Shown here: positions 1 through 8,427 of the stretch, piece by piece | Numbering within the stretch: the stretch's first letter is position 1 | Layout of the letters: every line of letters starts with the position of its first letter | Source: Candidatus Woesearchaeota archaeon | GTDB lineage: Archaea > Nanobdellota > Nanobdellia > Woesearchaeales > JACPIF01 | Assembly (NCBI GenBank): GCA_016188215.1 | Contig: JACPIF010000011.1 | Coordinates: 2,139 to 66,138, forward strand | Length of the DNA stretch: 64,000 nucleotides | Reading direction: 5' to 3' | Made by a program: the position numbers and the translations under genes | Notes under the pieces: model-generated | What the model saw: the letters and a program-made list of their open reading frames with translations, nothing else | Told to the model about the DNA's origin: nothing | Databases searched by the model: none

Positions 1-1
1 A

Positions 2-121
2 TCAGAGCCGCTGAGCGCAGAAGCAGTTAATAAGGAAACCAAGGCAAAAGTCCCTGAGGCTAAAGGCAAGGCTTCAGACAAAAAAGAAGAAAAGGCAAAA
101 TCAAAAAAGCAGGCAAAGTAG
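2..121 (+). CDS. 3' end of a CDS that runs off the window (lysine-rich C-terminal tail), product unknown
   Basis: Frame is open from the window edge: SEPLSAEAVNKETKAKVPEAKGKASDKKEEKAKSKKQAK, stop TAG at 119-121. Too short to identify. Confidence 0.35.
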   Translation, partial: SEPLSAEAVNKETKAKVPEAKGKASDKKEEKAKSKKQAK

Positions 122-130
122 GCGTCGCGT

Positions 131-200
131 ACCGTCCGCAGGACTCGGACAGTGCGCGAACCAGAGTGAGCGCAAGACCGCGCAGCAGCGCGGTGCAAGT
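131..200 (+). repeat. GC-rich three-hairpin element, copy 1 (GTCC-GCA-GGAC; TGCGC..GCGCA; CCGCGC-AGCA-GCGCGG)
   Basis: Stems at 134-144, 153-174 and 178-193. Aligns with 2424-2492 and 15584-15637. Starts about 10 nt after the stop at 121. Confidence 0.7.
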
Positions 201-250
201 CGTTAAGTTGAATGCAAGTAAAATAAATCACATAAGCTTTCAAACATACA

Positions 251-1348
251 ATGGCCAAAACTGAAAAGCCAAAGAATGTAGCAGCCGAAATCAAGGGCAT
301 TGCGCAGGATGTCTACCAGACTGTGCTTAAGAACAGGCAGCCTGAGCTCCGCATCCCGCTGCGCGCCCTGAATAATGTCAAGTACGATCCAAAGGAAGGC
401 TATTTTGAGATAATGGGGAAGATGGCCGCAAGGACCCTGACCGCATCTACAGTAAAGACATTTGCGCAGTCGCTCAGGATGATGGCACTATCCAAGCAGC
501 TAGTGGAGACGGATGATATTGCCACAAAGCGAGAGGCATATTATGTCAGCAAGAACTGGGATGAGGCCAGATTCATGGAGCAGGTTGAGTCCGACACAAT
601 AATGGATGATATTGAGGCTATGCTCATGGTAAATAGGGAGCAGCTCGGCTTTATTCCTGAAGAAAAAGGAGGAGATGTTGCCGGCAAATTGATTGTCATT
701 GACAAGGATGAGACCGGAAAAGAGCTGAGGATAGACTGCACTAAGTTCGGCTCAGGCGCGTATTCTATTCCCATTACAGTGGAGCATCTCAGGTTTGAGA
801 CAAAGGCAGATTTCGTATTGGTGATTGAGACCGCCGGTTTATTTCAGAGGCTTGTCAAGCACGGCTATTGGAAAAAGGCGAATTGCATCTTGATAAGTAT
901 GGGTGGAGTTCCTACAAGAGCTTGTAGACGGTTTATCCGTAGATTGAGTGATGAATTAAAAATACCCGTGTTCGCATTCGTAGACAGCGACCCCTATGGC
1001 TTCGGTAGTATTTATCGAACATTAAAGGTAGGTTCTGGAAACGCTGCTCACATAAACAAATACTTCTGTGTTCCCAAAGCCCAATTTTTAGGAGTAACTC
1101 CTCAGGATATCATAGATTATAAACTTCCCACTCATCCATTGAAAGAAGTTGATATCAAAAAAATCAAAGACCTATTGAAAAATGATCCATTTATTAAGCA
1201 TCATAAGGAGTGGCAGAAAGCTCTTGAGTTAATGGCTAAGATGGGTGTTCGTTCTGAGCAGCAGTCATTTGCAGCCTACGGATTGAACTACGTCATGGAC
1301 ACCTATCTTCCTGAGAAGCTTAAGAACCCTAAGAGCTGGCTGCCTTAG
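251..1348 (+). CDS. top6A: DNA topoisomerase VI subunit A (Spo11-like)
   Basis: 365 aa. Contains KREAYYVS (catalytic Tyr region) and a Toprim-like block VLVIETAGLFQRL..FVDSDPYGFGSIYRTLKVGSGNAAH typical of Top6A. Confidence 0.9.
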   Translation: MAKTEKPKNVAAEIKGIAQDVYQTVLKNRQPELRIPLRALNNVKYDPKEGYFEIMGKMAARTLTASTVKTFAQSLRMMALSKQLVETDDIATKREAYYVSKNWDEARFMEQVESDTIMDDIEAMLMVNREQLGFIPEEKGGDVAGKLIVIDKDETGKELRIDCTKFGSGAYSIPITVEHLRFETKADFVLVIETAGLFQRLVKHGYWKKANCILISMGGVPTRACRRFIRRLSDELKIPVFAFVDSDPYGFGSIYRTLKVGSGNAAHINKYFCVPKAQFLGVTPQDIIDYKLPTHPLKEVDIKKIKDLLKNDPFIKHHKEWQKALELMAKMGVRSEQQSFAAYGLNYVMDTYLPEKLKNPKSWLP

Positions 1349-1390
1349 CTAACAACAAATCTTTTAAAGCATACCCTATTATTTCTGCAC

Positions 1391-1651
1391 ATGGCGCCAA
1401 ATCAGAAGCAAAAGGAGCAGGGCAATCAAACTGTGGAGGAGCAAAAGCAGGCGGCGCAGAATCAGAAGCCAAAGAGCTACGAGGCCCATCCAGCAGGATC
1501 TCAGGAAGCGCATAAAGTAAAGCCGGCCCCTCCTGTCTGCGAAGGATGCTGGCGGTGGCCTGTGTTCCAGGATAAGTGCTGGTATTATTGGGACGGCAAG
1601 AAATACTGCACCATGTGGTCATCTGACCCTAATGAATTGCCGCCTATGTGA
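1391..1651 (+). CDS. small protein: Gln/Lys-rich disordered N-terminus, Cys/Trp-rich C-terminus
   Basis: 86 aa, CEGCWRWPVFQDKCWYYWDGKKYCTMW. The overlapping antisense ORF 1329-1622 looks like noise. No family recognised. Confidence 0.4.
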   Translation: MAPNQKQKEQGNQTVEEQKQAAQNQKPKSYEAHPAGSQEAHKVKPAPPVCEGCWRWPVFQDKCWYYWDGKKYCTMWSSDPNELPPM

Positions 1652-1663
1652 TTCTCCTATTGA

Positions 1664-2026
1664 CTATTTTCTCAAGGCAAATACTTTCACATCAGCCTTG
1701 CCTGTAATGGGATGATCAGCAAATATGCAGGCAGATGGCAATTTATCCGAGTGCAATTCAACAAACACCACATCCTCTGGCATAAGTTTTCTTCCTTCTA
1801 TTCTAGACATAAGTTCTTCAAGCGTTTTGAAATTGCTTTCCACAACTATCCCTCCTTTTCGCTGGTACTCTCCCTGATTTATAACAGCCTCTCGGGAAGG
1901 AATTGGAACTTTAGCAATTCCGGACTTTTCAAAATACAATGCATACGAGGCATCGCTTGCATCTTTTATTTGGTACTGCATCAATGGCCAAAGGACAGGA
2001 TCATTTTTATACTTTATGCCTTTCAC
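1664..2026 (-). CDS. hypothetical protein
   Basis: 120-aa ORF that fills the gap between neighbouring genes. No motif recognised. Confidence 0.5.
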   Translation of the reverse strand: MKGIKYKNDPVLWPLMQYQIKDASDASYALYFEKSGIAKVPIPSREAVINQGEYQRKGGIVVESNFKTLEELMSRIEGRKLMPEDVVFVELHSDKLPSACIFADHPITGKADVKVFALRK

Positions 2027-2033
2027 TAGCTAA

Positions 2034-2420
2034 ATGGAAACGCCTAAATCAGAATCTGAATGGAAGAAGAGACTGACACCTGAGCAATATCATGTTTTAA
2101 GGGAAAAAGGCACAGAGATGGCCTTCACCGGAAAACTCCTGAAAAATAAGGAAACAGGCACGTACACCTGCGCAGCTTGCGACCAGAAGCTGTTCTCATC
2201 AGACACAAAGTTTGACTCAGGCACCGGCTGGCCAAGTTTCACAGATGCCATACCCAGCAGCGTTGAGTTCCACCGGGACATGAGCCATGGCATGGTGCGG
2301 ACTGAAGTAACCTGCGCAAAATGCGGCAGCCATCTCGGCCACGTCTTTGACGACGGTCCAGGTCCTACTGGAAAGAGATTCTGCATTAATTCTTGCAGCC
2401 TGGATTTTAAAAAGCAATAA
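2034..2420 (+). CDS. msrB: peptide-methionine (R)-S-oxide reductase MsrB
   Basis: 128 aa. Two CxxC pairs (CAAC, CAKC), GTGWPSF, and catalytic RFCINS. Confidence 0.93.
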   Translation: METPKSESEWKKRLTPEQYHVLREKGTEMAFTGKLLKNKETGTYTCAACDQKLFSSDTKFDSGTGWPSFTDAIPSSVEFHRDMSHGMVRTEVTCAKCGSHLGHVFDDGPGPTGKRFCINSCSLDFKKQ

Positions 2421-2423
2421 GGC

Positions 2424-2492
2424 AGTCCGCCGATTGAGGACTTTGTTTAGTGCGCGAGGCTTGCCGAGCGCAAAGCCGCGCTTAGCGCGGAC
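2424..2492 (+). repeat. GC-rich three-hairpin element, copy 2
   Basis: Stems AGTCC..GGACT 2424-2442, TGCGC..GCGCA 2451-2472, CCGCGC-TTA-GCGCGG 2476-2490. Starts 4 nt after the msrB stop. Confidence 0.7.
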
Positions 2493-2532
2493 CAAAATTA
2501 TAGTTGTTCTCCTCTATCTCTATACAATAACA

Positions 2533-2540
2533 TTTATAAA
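2533..2540 (+). promoter_or_regulatory. TATA box candidate for the tRNA-Arg/tRNA-Cys pair
   Basis: TTTATAAA centred about 28 nt upstream of tRNA position 1 (2565). The same spacing is seen at the tRNA-like gene at 15702. Confidence 0.45.
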
Positions 2541-2564
2541 TAAAGTTCCGTGCTCTAAGCCTGT

Positions 2565-2704
2565 GAGCCAGTAGCGCAGCCTGGGTGTCTGAAAAAGACA
2601 GGGCAAATAGCGCACCTGCCTTCTATCTCAGGAAAGATAGCAGGGGGTCGGGAGTTCAAACAGGGTGGACGTCATCGTCTCCTCAGAAAATCTTCCCTGG
2701 CTCG
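2565..2704 (+). tRNA. tRNA-Arg(UCU) with three apparent introns (D loop, anticodon loop 37/38, T loop about 59/60)
   Basis: All four stems are present. Acceptor GAGCCAG/CTGGCTC; D stem GCGC/GCGC; anticodon stem CCTGC/GCAGG; T stem GGGAG/CTTCC; discriminator G. Loop CTTCTA..A, anticodon TCT at 2622-2624. Extra sequence lies at about 2585-2607, 2626-2638 and 2661-2690. The gene is 140 nt versus about 74 nt mature. Confidence 0.7.
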
Positions 2705-2707
2705 CCT

Positions 2708-2781
2708 GCACCCGTAGCCAAATCCGGCAAGGCAATCGCCTGCAGAGCGATCATGTGTGAGTTCAAATCTCACCGGGTGCT
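2708..2781 (+). tRNA. tRNA-Cys(GCA)
   Basis: Canonical cloverleaf. Acceptor GCACCCG/CGGGTGC; anticodon stem ATCGC/GCGAT; loop CTGCAGA (GCA at 2742-2744); T arm GTGAG-TTCAAAT-CTCAC; discriminator U73 as expected for Cys. Confidence 0.93.
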
Positions 2782-2786
2782 TATTT
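2771..2786 (+). repeat. attL-like direct repeat (overlaps the tRNA-Cys 3' end)
   Basis: CACCGGGTGCTTATTT, identical to 8428-8443. Confidence 0.8.
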
Positions 2787-2876
2787 CCATTAAGGTATAA
2801 GTCCCATTGTAACTTTTCTAATTTTAAGGTTCAAACAGCCTTATAAGCCCCTTTGCCTTGCTTCTAAAATGGAAAA

Positions 2877-4091
2877 ATGGCAAGAACAAGCATATACACA
2901 AGCACGTATTCGTTTGAGAGTGCATTGGCTAAGGTTAGAGAAAATACAGAGATAACGAATGAAAACAAAAAAGTAATGCAAGCGTATTTTAGATATTGCT
3001 TTGGAATAGGCTTATCGGAAAGCCGTGTTATAAAGATTTCTTGGATGTTGCGTAAATTGGCAATAATGTTAGGCAAAGACTTCGCAGCAGCCAGAAAAGA
3101 CGATATTATGGAGCTTAATAGCAAACTCTGTTTAATGGGAGAATACAGCCCTGAAACTTTAAATGACTATCGTAAGGTCTTAAAACGATTCTATAAATGG
3201 TTTAAAGGAAATGATGAAGATTATCCTCCTGAAGTTAAGTGGTTAAAATGCACAAGAAGATTAAAGGATAAGAAGCTGGTAGGCTCTCTAATCACGCCTG
3301 AGGAAGTTAAGAACGCTATTGAGGCATGCGATAACGATAGAGATAGAGCCTTTGTAGCTTTGATTTATGAATCTGGCTGCCGTATAGGTGAAATGCTCAC
3401 TATACAAATAAAGGATTTTCAATTTACCAGAACCTATGCTAAACTTAATGTTCGTGGTAAAACAGGGGAAAGAAGGATTGTCATACTCTCTTCTGTGCCT
3501 TACATTTGCAACTATCTGAATAACCATCCAAATAGAGACAATCCAGAGGCTTACTTATGGAATTCAATTAGTCCATTCCATAAAAATGAACCAATAAATT
3601 ACATAGGAGCAGTCAAGCTTATCAGAAGAGTATTTGACAAAGCAGGAATCAAAAAGAAGATTTATCCCCACTTATTTCGCCATTCCCGTGCTACAGAATT
3701 AGCCTCTTACCTTACAGAATCGCAAATGTGCAACTATTTCGGTTGGGTTATGGGAAGTAATATGACTGCTGTCTATGTCCATACAAGCGGAAGAGAAACA
3801 GATAGTGCACTGCTGAATTATTATGGAATAAAAACAGATGATGTAAGGTCATCAAAAAATCAGCCAATAGTATGCAGTTGCGGAATACTTAACGAATTTA
3901 CCAATAAATTCTGTAAAAATTGCGGAAAAGCCCTTGACTTAAAGACAGCATTAGATGCAGAAGAGCAAGCTAAGATAGCAACAAATAAGGCTTTTGAGCT
4001 ACTTATGGAAATAAGTAAAAATCCAGAATTATTGAAAGAGTTTGAAGAGTATAGGAAGAAATATAAATCTCGTACGCTTTCGGAAAATTAG
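2877..4091 (+). CDS. tyrosine recombinase / integrase with C-terminal zinc ribbon
   Basis: 404 aa. ALIYESGCRIGEMLTI (Arg I), HLFRHSRATELA (HxxR), MTAVYVH (Tyr), then CSCG..CKNCG. Starts 96 nt downstream of tRNA-Cys. Confidence 0.9.
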   Translation: MARTSIYTSTYSFESALAKVRENTEITNENKKVMQAYFRYCFGIGLSESRVIKISWMLRKLAIMLGKDFAAARKDDIMELNSKLCLMGEYSPETLNDYRKVLKRFYKWFKGNDEDYPPEVKWLKCTRRLKDKKLVGSLITPEEVKNAIEACDNDRDRAFVALIYESGCRIGEMLTIQIKDFQFTRTYAKLNVRGKTGERRIVILSSVPYICNYLNNHPNRDNPEAYLWNSISPFHKNEPINYIGAVKLIRRVFDKAGIKKKIYPHLFRHSRATELASYLTESQMCNYFGWVMGSNMTAVYVHTSGRETDSALLNYYGIKTDDVRSSKNQPIVCSCGILNEFTNKFCKNCGKALDLKTALDAEEQAKIATNKAFELLMEISKNPELLKEFEEYRKKYKSRTLSEN

Positions 4092-4128
4092 CATAACCTT
4101 TATAATCAAACAAATTTATCATTATCTT

Positions 4129-4677
4129 ATGAATAAAAAACTACTATTTATTTTCTATATTGGTATTATTCTTGTCTATGGATGCAGTTCTAAAGAACCT
4201 TTGATAATACCTTCTAAGAATATTACTACAAATTCATGTTATCTTTTCCCTGCATTGGATTTACCTCTTGAATACCAGCAGGGAGATATTTATCCTAACG
4301 GCAAATCAGATAATACTACAGGATTTCAGAATAGTTGCGGCACTACAATAAATATTGAGGAATCTGGAAATAATACTCAGCGAATTAATGGAAATCTTGT
4401 TATTCTATCGTTTAAATCTTTCTTCAAGGCTTCTAATTATTATAACAACGAAGCTAACAAAATCAAAGAGAATTACTTATATAGAGAAAATAATATCACA
4501 AAAATTAACACTACAACTTGTTTCTGGGCAAAGGGTTATACTTTAGAAATTACCCTATCAAAAATGGTATGTTATAAGTATAATATTGCTTATATGATAG
4601 ATGTCCAATCAAAAGACATAAATCCAAATGATTATATATATAATCTAAGTCAAGCAGTAAGTAAAAGAATAGAATAG
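4129..4677 (+). CDS. putative lipoprotein (element cargo)
   Basis: The internal ATG gives MNKKLLFIFYIGIILVYGCSS (signal plus lipobox-like VYGC). Asn-rich with many NxT/S sequons. The track ORF starts at 4042, inside the integrase. Confidence 0.55.
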   Translation: MNKKLLFIFYIGIILVYGCSSKEPLIIPSKNITTNSCYLFPALDLPLEYQQGDIYPNGKSDNTTGFQNSCGTTINIEESGNNTQRINGNLVILSFKSFFKASNYYNNEANKIKENYLYRENNITKINTTTCFWAKGYTLEITLSKMVCYKYNIAYMIDVQSKDINPNDYIYNLSQAVSKRIE

Positions 4678-4918
4678 CTACGGAGCTGGTAAATCTGTAA
4701 CCCCTGTAATTATTTCTGCACAATTTGTGTTTCTATTATGCTCTATGCCAATGAAATAGATACCCCCATGAGAATTGGCAAAAGAAGCTACAGATTTTCA
4801 GTATTTAATCGGACTTATAGCATCTCTCAAAAATAATAGAACTTTTACAGCAAGAATTAACAACATTTACCGACTATACGCTCAAAAGAAAAAGTTCCAA
4901 AATTGAGGAGATTTACTA

Positions 4919-5188
4919 TTATAAGGTTTTCTTAACCTCCTCTCCTAATTGTGTCAGCTGGTACATTCTGCCTGTCTTGTCTTTAGGATTAACTACCCTT
5001 ACAACCTTCAATTCTACTAATTCTGTAAGAGCCCTTGAAACGATATTAAAGTGCGTATTAGAGACTTTACCATATATTTTCTTTACTATCTCAGAGGGCA
5101 TCATAGGTTTATCTATAGCCTGAAATACCTTGTAACGATTTTTGCCCCTCTTTATCTTAGCCAGAACATTTAAGGTTTCCATAAACAA
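4919..5188 (-). CDS. winged-helix DNA-binding protein (element cargo)
   Basis: 89 aa. RYKVFQAIDKPMMPSEIVKKI..VSRALTELVELKVVRVVNPKDKTGRMYQLT follows an HTH plus wing pattern. Confidence 0.6.
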   Translation of the reverse strand: MFMETLNVLAKIKRGKNRYKVFQAIDKPMMPSEIVKKIYGKVSNTHFNIVSRALTELVELKVVRVVNPKDKTGRMYQLTQLGEEVKKTL

Positions 5189-5395
5189 TCTATCAACAAA
5201 GAATATACAAAAAGGAATATCAACAATCTATTAGCAAATTAAGAAATATTTAAATAGAAGATAAGTAACTCCTATATACATGAGAAAAGAATCTGCACTT
5301 CAGAAAAGTAAACCAGATAAAAAATTCAAATTAGAGCAGCAGCAGGTTTAGTAATCTTTTTTTCAGCTTTAATAGTTGTTTGGGCAATTAGGGAT

Positions 5396-5704
5396 ATGGC
5401 GAATTTGAAAAATCAAAACCAACCACGCTCAGTGCCATTAAATATTCCATCTAATATTTATAGAGATGCAAATAATCTAAATTATCCACCGCAGCAGCAA
5501 CCTCAAGAATCAATCAATCAGCCTCAAGAATCAATGATTAAAGAGCCTCCCTTAGCATCCTCTAATAAAATTCCTGAATGTGAGACTGAGACAGATCCAG
5601 AAGACAAGGATACTTGTTATATGTCACTTTCAAAGACAAAAAAACAATGTAAAAATATTCAAGACTTTAGTATAAGACAAGATTGTTTAGATACTACTGA
5701 TTAA
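5396..5704 (+). CDS. hypothetical Gln/Pro-rich, Cys-containing protein. The N-terminus may lie upstream in another frame (see finding).
   Basis: 102-aa ORF. The same frame upstream encodes a TM-like segment (AAAGLVIFFSALIVVWAI) with no start codon. Confidence 0.45.
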   Translation: MANLKNQNQPRSVPLNIPSNIYRDANNLNYPPQQQPQESINQPQESMIKEPPLASSNKIPECETETDPEDKDTCYMSLSKTKKQCKNIQDFSIRQDCLDTTD

Positions 5705-5962
5705 ATGATAATGGCAAAAAAATTAAGTATCGAAGAGGAGGCAAAAAGAAAAATTGCCTTAGAAGAAGAAGTAGAAAAACAAAAACGAATAAAGAATCGT
5801 CCACAAGCTTTCTTCGCTTTAGGGGGCGCATTAATTATAGTGACATATATAAGTCATCTTTTTGGTATATGGAGTTGGATGTATCCTTGGGGTATTTATT
5901 TAGGGATTGCAGCTGTCATAGTTGCTCCATTGATGTATTTTAAACCAGAGTGGTTTAAATAA
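5705..5962 (+). CDS. small membrane protein (element cargo)
   Basis: 85 aa. Charged N-terminal helix followed by two hydrophobic spans. Starts immediately after the stop of the previous ORF. Confidence 0.5.
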   Translation: MIMAKKLSIEEEAKRKIALEEEVEKQKRIKNRPQAFFALGGALIIVTYISHLFGIWSWMYPWGIYLGIAAVIVAPLMYFKPEWFK

Positions 5963-5994
5963 ATCAAATGGTTAAAAAAGATAAACGAAACTCT

Positions 5995-6468
5995 TTAAGA
6001 GGAATAAATAGAAGGACTTTCCTTGCTAATACTTGCATCAGAACTTATCTCTTCTTCTTCTTTAATATCAGGACTACTTAACGCTTTTCTAACCATTTCG
6101 CCTATCTCGTCTCTTTCTTCCAATTTTGTATCTTCTTGTTCTTTGCTTTTATCGCCAAAATTAATCCTGTGAAAATTGACAGCTACCTCAAGAAGCTTAA
6201 TTTTGTCACTAAACTTAGCATTTGATGATTTATCCATACATTCTTTAAGTTCATCAATCCAAGTCGTTATGTGAAGTATATTCGCCTCTTTGCTTTCTAT
6301 CCTATCTACCAACCATTTAATATAGGCTTGACTTACTCCCTTCTTCTTCATTTCTCTAAGTTTTGCAGCAAATCTCTTGTTAGGACTTCTTACGCTGCCG
6401 CCTCTTCTGGCTATTCTCACCTGTTGTCCACCTGTTCTGAACTGAGTTTCTTTATTAGGGAATGGCAT
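5995..6468 (-). CDS. hypothetical basic/acidic protein (element cargo)
   Basis: 157-aa ORF. Basic N-terminus (RIARRGGSVRSPNKR). No family recognised. Confidence 0.5.
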   Translation of the reverse strand: MPFPNKETQFRTGGQQVRIARRGGSVRSPNKRFAAKLREMKKKGVSQAYIKWLVDRIESKEANILHITTWIDELKECMDKSSNAKFSDKIKLLEVAVNFHRINFGDKSKEQEDTKLEERDEIGEMVRKALSSPDIKEEEEISSDASISKESPSIYSS

Positions 6469-6582
6469 TTTAATTTCTTATAAAGTGTTGTTAACAGCAC
6501 CAGCTGCCAACCCAAAAGACACTATTACTATTTTGTGTTGTTGTTAATAGTAATGTTTCATATAATATGATATATACCATTA

Positions 6583-7125
6583 TCAAATGTTTATGCTTTT
6601 GTTAACAGTACTAATTGAGACAATCCTGTTTCCATCAATCTTAAAGCCTTGAACAGACTCCACAAAAATTGCAGCTATATCTTTAGCTCCATGTATGGGT
6701 ACATCAAAAGCAGCCATTATGTCATGGTATGTGACTGATTCTTTCTCAGTTAGCAACCGCTTTAGCTTTGTATGCTGGTCTTGTATTGCGAACGATGCAG
6801 AATAAATGATAACTCCTGCACGCTTGGTCTTCTGGTCACCTTTGACATACCTAAATCCTGCTTGCGTTCCCAGCTTCTCCATTAGATTTAATGCGTGGGG
6901 TCTTGAACATCCCAAAAAATTCCTGACTTGTTTAGTATACATCCTGCCTAATTTACTAACTTCATCAGCAAGCTTCTCTTGCTTATTGCTCATTTTCTGC
7001 CGTATTAACACACCAATCATAGCATCTTGAGCATCAAGCCTACCCATTAATCTATTTTCAAAAGACTGAAGTTTTTCCCTTATAATAGCTCTTATGTCAT
7101 CTGGTTGTTGTGCTTCGTTTTCCAT
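6583..7125 (-). CDS. hypothetical protein (element cargo)
   Basis: 180-aa ORF. No motif recognised. Confidence 0.5.
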   Translation of the reverse strand: MENEAQQPDDIRAIIREKLQSFENRLMGRLDAQDAMIGVLIRQKMSNKQEKLADEVSKLGRMYTKQVRNFLGCSRPHALNLMEKLGTQAGFRYVKGDQKTKRAGVIIYSASFAIQDQHTKLKRLLTEKESVTYHDIMAAFDVPIHGAKDIAAIFVESVQGFKIDGNRIVSISTVNKSINI

Positions 7126-7248
7126 TTTATTCTTTTCGATATGGTCAATTAATCACTCTTTAGCCGAGTTTTTGTAAAGTAAAATGTCCTTATTGCCCGA
7201 ATCTCCTCAGGCAGCAGCTCCTCAATTTCAGCTGGCAGCGGCTCTAAC

Positions 7249-7392
7249 TTAGTGCTGAACATTTGCATCACCAGCTGGCTTGATTACAAGACTACCGTTA
7301 TCTGCAAGCTCAATATCCACATAACCACCATTATCCAGACGGTGAGTTAAAATCCAAATTCTCGGGATTGTCAATAAACAGGAATACTTCAT
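7249..7392 (-). CDS. possible AbrB/SpoVT-like small DNA-binding protein (47 aa, below the track cutoff)
   Basis: My translation: MKYSCLLTIPRIWILTHRLDNGGYVDIELADNGSLVIKPAGDANVQH. The TIP..(8)..G..V.I....G.L.IKP pattern resembles the looped-hinge-helix fold. Confidence 0.4.
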   Translation of the reverse strand: MKYSCLLTIPRIWILTHRLDNGGYVDIELADNGSLVIKPAGDANVQH

Positions 7393-7530
7393 CCTAAGTA
7401 GCTTTTTGCGTGTTAATCTATAATTCATAAATTAGTATAGGGATAAATCATTTTTAAATTCATTCTAACTTGTTATAACTGAGAGTTTTAACGCAAAGAT
7501 ATATATAATAGTTTAACTTCCCTTTATATT

Positions 7531-8400
7531 ATGAAATCATTAACCACACCCTCAATAACACCATATGTGCTACTTTGTTTAAGCAATAGACCAACTTGGC
7601 ACATGCCTAAAGAAATTTATGATAGTGTTGAAGGACTAAGAGAAAATAAACAACTGAAAAATCCAACTGAAGCAGGAATTCGTAAAGTTTTATTTAAGCT
7701 TCAAAGAGAAGGTATCATAAAGAGACAAGTTATTAAACCTAAAAACAAGTCAAAAAACATAAGGAAAAGCAAGTGGAAGATTAAGAATACTGATAAAGCG
7801 TTTAAAGGAATATTTAAGCTTCTCTGGGAGGAGGGCAGCTGGAAGCACGAGTATGTGCGGGAATTTATTCAAAGTAAATATTATAAAAAGAACCAGAAAT
7901 TAATTTACTATTTGTTGAATGACACCTTTCATATAGGACAAAAACTTACTACAAATAAGCCTATATACACCAAAAACGAACAAAAACTAATTGATTTAGC
8001 TCTACTATCTCCTTCATTTATGAGCCTTTTTATATACAGAACTAAAACTAATAGTTTAGAGCAATGGTTTAGAAAAGAAATTAGTCAAAATGCTTTAGAT
8101 TATATGAGATTTGTAGCAACTGCGTGCCTAACTGTTGATTCATATTACATTCAAGAAGATGTTAGCCCGTATATTGAAGAGACGCTTCGTTACTTAGTTC
8201 CTTCATTAACTTCTTTAAGGTATATCAAACAGAGAAAACAGGCACAACTACTTCAAAGTCCTGATTATGCTGAACGGAAGAACAAACTTAATGAAGTGGA
8301 GCAGGTGCAGCCGATAAAGACTAATTTAGAGAAAAACAAGAAGGAGGTAAAAAAAGAAGCTCTAAGGCAACTGGGAGTGAAACGCATCACTTTGAAATAG
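7531..8400 (+). CDS. hypothetical protein with an N-terminal winged-helix-like region (element cargo)
   Basis: 289 aa. EAGIRKVLFKLQREGIIKRQV is followed by a Lys-rich linker. No replicase motif recognised. Confidence 0.55.
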   Translation: MKSLTTPSITPYVLLCLSNRPTWHMPKEIYDSVEGLRENKQLKNPTEAGIRKVLFKLQREGIIKRQVIKPKNKSKNIRKSKWKIKNTDKAFKGIFKLLWEEGSWKHEYVREFIQSKYYKKNQKLIYYLLNDTFHIGQKLTTNKPIYTKNEQKLIDLALLSPSFMSLFIYRTKTNSLEQWFRKEISQNALDYMRFVATACLTVDSYYIQEDVSPYIEETLRYLVPSLTSLRYIKQRKQAQLLQSPDYAERKNKLNEVEQVQPIKTNLEKNKKEVKKEALRQLGVKRITLK

Positions 8401-8427
8401 GGCTATGAACCTTTATAGAAAATATAA

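Noticed and set aside
2585-2800. 71-aa plus-strand ORF
   Set aside because: It lies entirely across the tRNA-Arg and tRNA-Cys genes, whose cloverleaf structures explain the sequence.
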